Shown in pieces: positions 1-20,533 of a stretch of DNA of 64,000 bases. The first letter of the stretch is position 1. Each line of letters starts with the position of its first letter. The notes beneath the pieces were generated by a model. The model saw nothing but the letters and a program-made list of their open reading frames with translations. It had not been told where the DNA came from and did not search any database. This DNA comes from Eledone cirrhosa (lineage: Eukaryota), in NCBI GenBank assembly GCA_964016885.1, contig OZ024761.1, positions 11,346,001 to 11,410,000 of the forward strand, written 5' to 3'. A program made the translations under genes and the position numbers.

Positions 1-1329
1 GTAATGGAAGGGATTGCCTGACGCAGCTACTGCATCACTTTGATGACATTTTGAGAGCCTTGGGAGAGGGTTCCAACACTGATGTTATCTACCTTGATTT
101 CAGCAAGGCCTTTGACAGGGTTGATCATAACATTCTACTGAGAAAGCTGTCCAATATTGGTGTCACTGGAAAGCTGCTGCAGTGGATCAAGAGCTTCCTG
201 TCAAACAGAACCCAACATGTTGTAGTTGAGGGAGTCAAATCAAGCCCAGCCAAAGTCAGTAGTGGGGTCCCACAAGGCACTGTGTTGGGCCCACTTCTCC
301 TCATCATCTATATTAATGACATCACTGACATCATCAAACACAGCAACATTAAAATTTTCGCTGATGATTCCAAGCTCCAAAAGGTCATCAATGGCGTGGA
401 TGACCGGATAAGCCTTCAGTCAGACCTACTGGCTGTTACCCAATGGGCAGAAAAGAACAACATGTTACTGAACGAAGACAAATTCGAACTGATCCACTTT
501 GGAAAAGAGGATGCTCTGAAACTCCCGTACTCCCTTCCCTCCGGGGAAACTCTCGTGGCATCTAACAACATCAGAGACTTGGGAGTAACCGTGGACAGCA
601 ACATAAGCTGGACCACGCATATAAGCAGCAAAGTTGACATGGCCCGCAGAATGTGTTCCTGGATCCTCAGAACCTTCCAGTCGAGAGATTCCCGCACCAT
701 TATCCTTCTCTTCTCTACTTTCGCCCGACCACACCTTGAATACTGTTGTCCACTGTGGTCTCCCCACACGAAACAAAGTATCATGAAACTTGAAGCTCCT
801 CAAAGGGCAATCACGAAAAAGATAGATGGCATGTCAGACCTTGACTACTGGGGTCGATTAGAAAACCTGAAACTTTACTCACTCCAACGTCGCCGTGAGC
901 GTTATATTATCTGCATGATGTGGAAAATGTTCCATCATCACTGCCCAAATGATGTTGACATTGCCTTCAAGATACACCCAAGGCTTGGGCCCCGTGCTAT
1001 CCGTCCCATTCAAAAATCTAAATCGCAACTCATAACAACAATACGGCACAATTATTTCACCTCAATCGGCCCTGCTCTCTTCAACATCACACCAGGACAC
1101 GTCAAAACAGAAACTGACCACACAAAATTCAAGAAGTCTTTGGACAAATTCCTCCAAGTAATCCCGGACAAACCACCCACACCCGGATATGTCTCCGCAA
1201 ACAGTAATTCTCTTCTCGAATGGGCCATGGTGCCCAAATCCTGAATTGAAAGACTTCGCCAGGTGGTGCTATTAAGTTAGACATGGCCTGGGCCAATACT
1301 GGCCAAAACATTTCAAAGTTATTCAAAGT

Positions 1330-1331
<2 letters not shown>
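1..1331 (+). mobile_element. CR1-group non-LTR retrotransposon (family 1), 3' portion; runs off the window start
   Basis: Frame open from nt 3 ([13 protein letters not shown]) to TGA at 1242-1244. RT motifs: [46 protein letters not shown]. The short 3' UTR has hairpin GGCCA-ATAC-TGGCC (1291-1304) and a (TTCAAAGTTA)x2 tail running into (TA)n. Confidence 0.9.
3..1244 (+). CDS. LINE ORF2 reverse transcriptase, C-terminal ~413 aa, uninterrupted in the window (5' partial)
   Basis: ORF track 51..1244, extended upstream in frame to nt 3 without a stop; canonical non-LTR RT motifs. Confidence 0.8.
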   Translation, partial: NGRDCLTQLLHHFDDILRALGEGSNTDVIYLDFSKAFDRVDHNILLRKLSNIGVTGKLLQWIKSFLSNRTQHVVVEGVKSSPAKVSSGVPQGTVLGPLLLIIYINDITDIIKHSNIKIFADDSKLQKVINGVDDRISLQSDLLAVTQWAEKNNMLLNEDKFELIHFGKEDALKLPYSLPSGETLVASNNIRDLGVTVDSNISWTTHISSKVDMARRMCSWILRTFQSRDSRTIILLFSTFARPHLEYCCPLWSPHTKQSIMKLEAPQRAITKKIDGMSDLDYWGRLENLKLYSLQRRRERYIICMMWKMFHHHCPNDVDIAFKIHPRLGPRAIRPIQKSKSQLITTIRHNYFTSIGPALFNITPGHVKTETDHTKFKKSLDKFLQVIPDKPPTPGYVSANSNSLLEWAMVPKS

Positions 1332-1832
<501 letters not shown>

Positions 1833-1833
<1 letters not shown>

Positions 1834-3303
1834 GGAGTATATGAATGGCTTGTGAAAGCGGTACAAGCCATGTATAGGGGAGCAGTCAGCAAAGTTAGGA
1901 TTGGCAATGAGTATAGCGAGGAATTTAGCGTACAGGTTGGGGTCCACCAGGGCTCTGTTCTTAGCCCTCTCCTGTTCATCATAGTCCTGCAGGCAATAAC
2001 GGAGGAGTTTAAGACCGGATGCCCATGGGAACTCCTGTATGCTGATGACCTCGCACTCATAGCTGAATCTATGGTAGAACTAGAGAATAAATTCCAAACC
2101 TGGAAGCAGGGACTAGAGAGAAAGGGCCGCAAAGTCAACATGACAAAGACTAAGGTCCTTATAAGTAGACGAGAAAACAGAACCCAGATCCCCTCAGGGA
2201 AATGGCCTTGCTCAGTATGTAGGAAAGGTGTAGGTAGGAACTCCATTCTCTGCCCCAAATGCAAACAATGGGTACACAAGAGATGTAGCGGGATCTCAGG
2301 AAGCTTAATTAAGAATGTAGGATTCACATGCAGCAGCTGTGCTGAAACAGCAAGCAAACAGCCACAGGAAACAAGTACCACCAATCTCTGGGAGGGCCCT
2401 GTAGAAACAGTAGACAGCTTCTGCTACCTAGGTGACCGAATTAGCATAGGAGGTGGGTGCTCAGAATGTACAATAACTAGGGTAAGAACGGGATGGAAGA
2501 AGTTTAGGGAACTACTACCACTGCTAGCTGCAAAAGGCTTCTCCCTCAGAATGAAAGGCAGACTGTATGATGCGTGTATCCGAACAGCGATGTTGCATGG
2601 TAGTGAGACCTGGGCGGTGAAGGTGGAAGACTTACGTAGATTAGAGAGAAACGAAGCCTGCATGCTCCGATGGATGTGTAACAGTAATATACGTGAACGA
2701 CAAAGCATAAAGGAATTGAGAGAGAGACTGAGCATAAGAGGAATCAAATGCTGCGTGCAGGAGAGGCGGTTACGCTGGTATGGACATGTGATGCGTATGA
2801 AGGATGACAGCTGCATAAAAAGGTGCAGAGCACTAGAAGTTGATGGAAACCGCGGAGTGGGGAGACCCAAGATGACTTGGGATGAGGTGATAAAAGCCGA
2901 CCTTACCCAACTACACCTCTCAAAGTCAATGACACACGACCGTGACTTCTGGCGTCACGCAGTAATACAGGGTACCCGACCTCCCATGGGTACATGCTGA
3001 AGCATATAAACAATATGCCCCCCCCCCCCCCCCCCCCCGCAAGGTGGTCGTGGAGGTGCCACGGCAAAAAAGCACCCAGCCCACACTGTAAAGTGGACGT
3101 GTAGGCGCCACGAAAAAGCACCCAGCACTCACTGTAAATGAGGTTGGTGTTAGGAAAGGTATCCAGCTGTAGAAATCAAGCCAGATCAGTTCCTGTATGA
3201 GCAAGGCATGGTCAGCCGACCAGACACTGCCCACAACAGGACAACCCGTCTAACCCATGCTAGCGTGGAAGAACGGACGTAAAACGGTGATGATGATGAT
3301 GAT
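1833..3303 (+). mobile_element. RTE-clade LINE family A, 5'-truncated copy 1
   Basis: Open frame ~1834-3000: [49 protein letters not shown] (RTE signature). ~290-bp 3' UTR and (GAT)n tail at ~3288-3303; (TA)n on both sides. Confidence 0.93.
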
Positions 3304-3316
3304 TATATATATATGT

Positions 3317-4928
3317 ATAAGCGGGCCTTAGCAACTCCACTGAAGATGCTCTTCAGAAGCTCCTTGGCTAGCGGTGTACTACCCAGGGAGCTGAAAGAAG
3401 GCACAATATGCCCTATCCATAAAGGAGGTAGTAGAGCGGAGGCCAAGAACTATAGGCCAGTCTCCCTGACGTCGCATATCAGTAAGGTCATGGAACGAGT
3501 CGTCAGAAAGAAACTAATCACTTTCCTCGAAGAAAATGACCGCCTGACTAGCACGCAACATGGCTTCCGCCCAGGAAGAAGCTGCCTTACACAGCTGCTA
3601 CATCACTACGACTGAGTACTGAGACAACTACTAGACAGCTCACATGTAGACGTGATATATCTTGACTTTGCGAAGGCCTTTGACAAGGTCGACCACGGAA
3701 TGATATGTCACAAACTACACGGACTCGGCATAACTGGAAAAGTAGGTGAGTGGCTGCATGGCTTCTTAAGGGACAGAAGCCAGGCAGTCGCAGCAAATGG
3801 GGCCCTCTCGAGGGAAACACCGATAACAAGTGGGGTGCCTCAGGGGACAGTCCTGGGACCACTACTGTTTTTGGTGGCTCTCTCGGACATGCCCTCTGTG
3901 GTGCATGCAACAACATCCCTCACTAGCTATGCTGATGACACTAAGGTAGCACAGGCAATCAAAAACCCGGCTGACGCTGCCCTCTTACAGCAGGATCTGG
4001 ATGCCATATACAGATGGGCGGAAGAAAACAACATGCAGTTTAATGCTGGCAAATTCCAAGCCCTACAATACAAACCTGCAAACACAAACACAAATATAGC
4101 GGAACACAGCTACACAGGACCAGGAGGGACCGATATCCCCGTGTCAAAATCGATACGAGACCTGGGCATAGACATGAGCGATGATGCATCTTTTTCTTCA
4201 CACATCATGAAGGTGGCGACAGCATGGAGACGATTCGCTGGCTGGATCTTGAGGACTTTCCTTACAAGAGATCGAGACACCATGTTGACACTGTGGAGGA
4301 CTTTTGTCCTAAGCCGCCTGGACTACTGCTCCCAGCTGTGGTCACCCCATAGTGTCAAACTAACCAGAGAGCTTGAGGCAATCCAGCGAAGCTACACCAA
4401 GAGGATTGCCAAGATGAGGGAGACAAGCTACTGGGAGAGGCTGAAGGAACTGAACCTCTACTCCTTGAAGCGAAGACGGGAGAGATACGCAGTGATCTAC
4501 ATGTGGAAAATCCTGGAGGGACTAGCACCAAACTTTGGCATTGGGAGCTGGACCAACCGTCGAACAGGACGTCACTGTGTGGTGCCAAAGGTCCCGTCTT
4601 CCACATCTAGAATAAGGAGCAGGTATTGCAATAGCCTGGGATTCAAGGGCCCTCAACTCTTCAACAGGCTGCCGAGGCATCTGCGAGACTTGCATGACGT
4701 GGAGGTGGATGTCTTTAAGAAACATCTCGACACCTTGTTATCCAGGATCCCGGATGAGCCCACAGCAAGACATGAGGGAAACCTAAGGGCAGCAGCAACA
4801 AACTCCCTCCTACACCAGTGGCCAACCTATACAGGCTGGAGATAAAATGTGTAGCAACAAGGGCGGTGCCCCAGCATGGCCTCAGCCGGATGGCTGAAAC
4901 AGGTAAAAGAGTAAAAGAGTAAAAGAGT
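3317..4928 (+). mobile_element. CR1-group LINE family 2, 5'-truncated, one in-frame stop
   Basis: ORFs 3313-3615 and 3652-4845 share a frame and are separated by TGA at 3613-3615. Motifs: [46 protein letters not shown]. 3' hairpin TCAGCC-GGAT-GGCTGA (4882-4897) and 8-bp tail (GTAAAAGA)x3 at 4903-4926. Confidence 0.92.
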
Positions 4929-4946
4929 ATATATATATATATGTAT

Positions 4947-4978
<32 letters not shown>

Positions 4979-4980
4979 GT

Positions 4981-5012
<32 letters not shown>

Positions 5013-5014
5013 GT

Positions 5015-5047
<33 letters not shown>

Positions 5048-5050
5048 CAT
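4929..5050. repeat. (TA)n microsatellite
   Basis: Read directly. Confidence 0.97.
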
Positions 5051-5254
5051 TAATATATGATTAATTATCATTGATGAGGAGTAACTATTTTAGAAAAACA
5101 AATAGATGGGTTTTATGTGATTAAAATATACTTGTGTATATACCTCCAAAGGGTAGATTGAACATTAGGTATTGAGTAAGGTAATATATATATTTGATCA
5201 CTGTATAGTGTTTGACAGATCATTTAATGAGGTGAGTTCTAATATTATTTAAAG

Positions 5255-6038
5255 GTTGCATGGCAGTGAAACCTGGGCATTGTGTGCAGAGGATATACGC
5301 AGACTAGAGAGGAACGAAGCTTGCATGCTCCGCTGGATGTGTAATAGTAGTATACGTGAACGGCAAAGCATAAACGAACTAAGGAAAAAATTAGAAATAA
5401 GAGGGATCAGATGTTGTTTACTTGAGAGAAGGCTACGTTGGTATGGACACGTGATGCGCATGAAAGTCGATAGCTGTATAACAAAGTGCAGGGCAATAAA
5501 GATAGACGGTAGCCACGGAATAGGCAGACCCAGAAAAACCTGGGACGAGCTGATAAACGCCGACCTCACACAGTTACACCTCACCAAGACAATGTCACTG
5601 GACCGAGACCTTTGGCGGTACTCAGTAACAGAGAAGACCCGCCTTACCTAAATACATAGTAAAACCTACTACAGCCAGTAGGCATCTCTAACAAAATACC
5701 CCCACCACCCCCACCCCATCCACACCGCCCCCTTCTATGTAAAGTTATGTTGGTGCCACACCATCCAGGCCGAAACAAATGAGATCGTGTAGGTGTCACG
5801 ACAAAAAACACACAGTCCACACTGTAATGTGGCCGTGTAGGCAACACTGTAAAAACCTCCCAGACCCACACTGTAAATGTGGTTGGTGTTAGGAAGGGCA
5901 TTCAACTGTAGAAAACCTGCCAGACAGTCCTATGTGAGCAAGACAATCACTCTTGCCTCAAGTGGGACTACCCCCGTCCAAACCCATGCAAGCGTGGAAC
6001 ACGGACGTTAAACGTTGATGATGATGATGATGATGATG
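5255..6038 (+). mobile_element. RTE-clade LINE family B, 5'-truncated copy 1
   Basis: LHGSETW...[11 protein letters not shown]...GRPRKTW, stop at 5649-5651; 3' UTR related to family A; (GAT)n tail at 6016-6038. Confidence 0.92.
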
Positions 6039-7079
<1,041 letters not shown>

Positions 7080-7080
<1 letters not shown>

Positions 7081-7648
7081 TCATCATCATCGTTTAACGT
7101 CCGTGTTCCACGCTTGCATAGGTTTGGACGGGGGTTTTCCCACTTAAGGCAAGAGTGATTGTCTTGCTCGCATAGGACTGTCTGGCAGGTTTTCTACAGT
7201 TGGATGCCCTTCCTAACACCAACCACATTTACAGTGTGGGTCTGGGAGGTTTTTACCGTGTTGCCTACACGGCCACATTACAGTGTGGACTGTGTGTTTT
7301 TTTGTCGTGACACCTACACGATCTCATTTGTTTCGGCCTGGATGGTGTGGCACCAACATAACTTTACATAGGAGGTGTGGATGGGGTGGTGGTGGTGGGA
7401 CGGGGGTGTATTTTGTTAGAGATGCCTACTGACTGTAGTAGGTTTTACTTTGTATTTAGGTAAGGCGGGTCTTCTCTATTACTGAGTACCGCCAAAGGTC
7501 TCGGTCCAGTGACATTGTCTTGGTGAGGTGTAACTGTGTGAGGTCGGAGTTTATCAGCTCGTCCCAGGTTTTTCTGGGTCTGCCTATTCCGTGGCTACCG
7601 TCTATCTTTATTGCCCTGCACTTTGTTATACAGCTATCGTCCTTCATG
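7080..7648 (-). mobile_element. RTE-clade LINE family B, 5'-truncated copy 2 (inverted)
   Basis: Reverse complement of ~5459-6027; translates [28 protein letters not shown]...EKTRLT*; (ATC)n tail at 7080-7091. Confidence 0.93.
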
Positions 7649-7938
7649 TATATATATATATGTATATATATATGTATGTATATATATATGTATATATATA
7701 TGTATATATATGTGTATATATATATGTATGTATATATATATGTATATATATGTGTATATATATATGTATGTATATATATATGTATATATATATATATGTA
7801 TATATATATGTATATATATATGTATGTATATATGTATGTATATATGTATGTATATATATATGTATATATATATATATGTGTATATATATATATATATATG
7901 TATGTATATATGTATGTATAAATGTATGTATATGTATG

Positions 7939-7969
<31 letters not shown>

Positions 7970-7986
7970 GTAGATATATATATATG

Positions 7987-8051
<65 letters not shown>

Positions 8052-8066
8052 GTATATATATATATG

Positions 8067-8131
<65 letters not shown>

Positions 8132-8164
8132 GTATATATATATATGTATATATATATATGTATG

Positions 8165-8215
<51 letters not shown>

Positions 8216-8220
8216 GTATG

Positions 8221-8253
<33 letters not shown>

Positions 8254-8305
8254 GTATATATATGTATGTATATATATATATATATATGCATATATATATA
8301 TATAT
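7649..8305. repeat. (TA)n microsatellite with G interruptions
   Basis: Read directly. Confidence 0.98.
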
Positions 8306-8558
8306 GCAGTGCCTTTGCTCACTATAAAAGCTTCACGGCACAGGCATTGCTTTTTATCTGGAGATCTCTCTGCACTTGTCGTCACATGGTACCATGGGCC
8401 CAGCTCTGTGTCAATAGTTGTCACAAGTCTAGTGTTTGTACCAGAGTTTTCAAGTCGCTGGCTGGACTAAAAAGTCACACTCGTTCAGCGCATCGGTAGG
8501 GGTTCTCCTACATGGATATAAAGTAGTGGCCGTACTCGAAAACGAGTTGGCAGCCACC
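8306..8558 (+). mobile_element. Probable 3' end of an RTE-type LINE with a C-terminal C2H2-like zinc finger
   Basis: Frame ends ...[22 protein letters not shown] (stop 8499), similar to RTE ORF2 C-terminal fingers but lacking the first Cys. Terminal stem-loop GTGGC..ACTCG-AAAA-CGAGT..GCCAC (8526-8557); (TA)n on both sides. Confidence 0.55.
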
Positions 8559-8592
<34 letters not shown>

Positions 8593-8669
8593 GTATGTAT
8601 ATATATATGTATGTATATATATATGTATGTATATATATATATATATATGTATGTATATATATATGTATG

Positions 8670-8700
<31 letters not shown>

Positions 8701-8817
8701 GTATGTATATGTATATATATATATATGTATGTATATATATATGTATGTATATGTATATATATATATATGTATATATATATGTATATATATATACATATAT
8801 ATATATATATACATATA
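8559..8817. repeat. (TA)n microsatellite
   Basis: Read directly. Confidence 0.97.
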
Positions 8818-9110
8818 GAGCTTCAACGATCTCAGGTCTGCTCTCACCACATCCGCCCATGATTTTTGTGGTCTTCCTCTACTGGGATTTCTTGGCACTT
8901 CTTTACCCAGCGGTCATCCTCCATGCGGATCACATGTCCATACCAATGCAGTCTTCTCTCCCACACACTACAAATTATCCCTCTTATACACAGTTTCTCT
9001 CTCAACCCATCTATCCCTGGTCGTTCACGCACATTGACATTGCTTTTGAATTTCAGATACACTCCATTTCATATCATTATGTTAAATGCCTGAGTATTCC
9101 CCAGATACAT
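8817..9110 (-). pseudogene. Older, frameshifted RTE ORF2 fragment (family C)
   Basis: Minus-strand [22 protein letters not shown] and, in another frame, [20 protein letters not shown]; ends at the TA tract with no 3' UTR. Confidence 0.8.
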
Positions 9111-9802
9111 ACATTCTAACCAAATCCTTCTGCAGAACCAGTGTGACAGTGTATGCCAAGAATTACAGTTACTGTCCAACTATTAAACATAGATGACAGC
9201 ACACGCCTGTGTAGATTTAGCTTGCCTCATAGATGGCAGCATCTCACAGAAAGTTTCTCAGGTGTTTTAATAATAGGGATTTCAACCCTATCATGAGGAG
9301 TAACATGAAGTGAAATGATAGGTTTACAAACAACAGTCTTCATTTACCCAAGCTTATAAACAAGGCTTACATTGGCCTGTAGCTCTTGTAGAAGACACCA
9401 GGTCCATCTAGGTACACTACCATGGTTTCAACACCAGTTCTATCTAGGTACACTGTCATGGGTTTGAACACCTGTATATATATATATCATCATAATCATT
9501 GCATATATATATATATTTGCTGGACTGGCAATTGCTCTGTATAATCAGCTCCTGATTATTACTGGAATTCTATAACAATCCAGCTTCTATAATGGCAGAA
9601 GCAGGGGGTGCATCACTCTGATGATCGCCAACCAGCGGGAAACAGACTGTTAACTTCTCTCCCTTCTTTCGCTGCGTAAGGTCTTCTAAATGTTTTCAAT
9701 TAAACATACGGTATATTGCCAAATATACTATACATACATTCATATATATATATATACATACACGCTTACCATCACTCCTCTGGTATATAACTATTATGCA
9801 AT

Positions 9803-9864
9803 AAACACCTGATGATGTTACTAGGTTCATACGTAACCTGGCCACTGAAATGTGTATAGTGTTT
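9803..9864 (+). ncRNA. Minimal type I hammerhead ribozyme (Penelope-like-element type), probably decayed
   Basis: Stem I AAACAC (9803-9808)/GTGTTT (9859-9864); CTGATGA 9809-9815; imperfect stem II (CTAGGTT/AACCTGG); GAAA 9847-9850; minimal stem III T-GTGT-A; AUA cleavage triplet at 9856-9858; AATAAA at 9870. Confidence 0.65.
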
Positions 9865-9919
9865 GCGGGAATAAAAATTTGAAGGAATTCAACCTGTCCA
9901 GCCTCCTGTCATTTTACTT

Positions 9920-12844
<2,925 letters not shown>

Positions 12845-13130
12845 AATTTGTATAATTTTGTATAATTTTGTACATAGATCTGTTGAATATGCATACCAAT
12901 TATAACACATATATATCCTAGAAACGATCGTTAAATAATGAACTTTTTTTGTTTAATATAAGGAATTGTTTATTCATTATTTGTTTAATATTTTATCTTG
13001 ACTCTGTATACCGTTTATCTTTCACCGAAAGTGGTTTTTCATTACATCTCTTCTTTCCATGATATCCGGAATACATTGAGTTCTTCATACGGATTGGACA
13101 CTACCGTAAACTCTTGGTAGATTTATCTAC

Positions 13131-17494
<4,364 letters not shown>

Positions 17495-17495
<1 letters not shown>

Positions 17496-18711
17496 TCATC
17501 ATCATCATCATCACCGTTTTACGTCCGTTCTTCCACGCTAGCATGGGTTAGACGGGTTGTCCTGTTGTGGGCAGTGTCTGGTCGGCTGACCATGCCTTGC
17601 TCATACAGGAACTGATCTGGCTTGATTTCTACAGCTGGATGCCCTTCCTAACACCAACCTCATTTACAGTGAGTGCTGGGTGCTTTTTCGTGGCGCCTAC
17701 ACGTCCACTTTACAGTGTGGCTGGGTGCTGTTTTGCCGTGGCACCTCCACGACCACCTTGCGGTGGGGGGGGGGGGGCATATCGTTTATATGCTTCAGCA
17801 TGTACCCATGGGAGGTCGGGTACCCTGTATTACTGCGTGACGCCAGAAGTCACGGTCGTGTGTCATTGACTTTGAGAGGTGTAGTTGGGTAAGGTCGGCT
17901 TTTATCACCTCATCCCAAGTCATCTTGGTCTCCCCACTCCGCGGTTTCCATCAACTTCTAGTGCTCTGCACCTTTTTATGCAGCTGTCATCCTTCATACG
18001 CATCACATGTCCATACCAGCGTAACCGCCTCTCCTGCACGCAGCATTTGATTCCTCTTATGCTCAGTCTCTCTCTCAATTCATTTATGCTTTGTCGTTCA
18101 CGTATATTACTGTTACACATCCATCGGAGCATGCAGGCTTCGTTTCTCTCTAATCTACGTAAGTCTTCCACCTTCAGCGCCCAGGTCTCACTACCATGCA
18201 ACATCGCTGTTCGGATACACGCATCATACAGTCTGCCTTTCATTCTGAGGGAGAAGCCTTTTGCAGCTAGCAGTGGTAGTAGTTCCCTAAACTTCTTCCA
18301 TCCCGTTCTTACCCTAGTTATTGTACTTTCTGAGCACCCACCTCCGTTGCTAATTCGGTCACCTAGGTAGCAGAAGCTGTCTACTGTTTCTACAGGGCCC
18401 TCCCAGAGATTGGTGGTACTTGTTTCCTGTGGCTGTTTGCTTGCTGTTTCAGCACAGCTGCTGCATGTGAATCCTACATTCTTAATTAAGCTTCCTGAGA
18501 TCCCGCTACATCTCTTGTGTACCCATTGTTTGCATTTGGGGCAAAGAATGGAGTTCCTACCTACACCTTTCCTACATACTGAGCAAGGCCATTTCCCTGA
18601 GGGGATCTGGGTTCTGTTTTCTCGTCTACTTATAAGGACCTTAGTCTTTGTCATGTTGACTTTGAGGCCCTTTCTCTCTAGTCCCTGCTTCCAGGTTTGG
18701 AATTTATTCTC

Positions 18712-18713
<2 letters not shown>
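17495..18713 (-). mobile_element. RTE-clade LINE family A, 5'-truncated copy 2 (inverted)
   Basis: Near-identical reverse complement of ~2081-3303; (ATC)n tail at ~17495-17513; a 1-bp deletion near 17927 gives GRPR*. Confidence 0.94.
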
Positions 18714-20333
<1,620 letters not shown>

Positions 20334-20533
20334 NNNNNNNNNNNNNNNNNNNNNNNNNNNNNNNNNNNNNNNNNNNNNNNNNNNNNNNNNNNNNNNNNNN
20401 NNNNNNNNNNNNNNNNNNNNNNNNNNNNNNNNNNNNNNNNNNNNNNNNNNNNNNNNNNNNNNNNNNNNNNNNNNNNNNNNNNNNNNNNNNNNNNNNNNNN
20501 NNNNNNNNNNNNNNNNNNNNNNNNNNNNNNNNN
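20334..20533. other. Assembly gap (200 N)
   Basis: Run of N; the round length suggests a placeholder. Confidence 0.99.

Noticed and set aside
9320-9400. Decayed SINE on the minus strand
   Set aside because: Only a vague remembered resemblance; no A/B boxes can be shown.
13102-13130. Helitron 3' end
   Set aside because: The hairpin is followed by CTAC rather than CTRR, and no other Helitron feature is visible.
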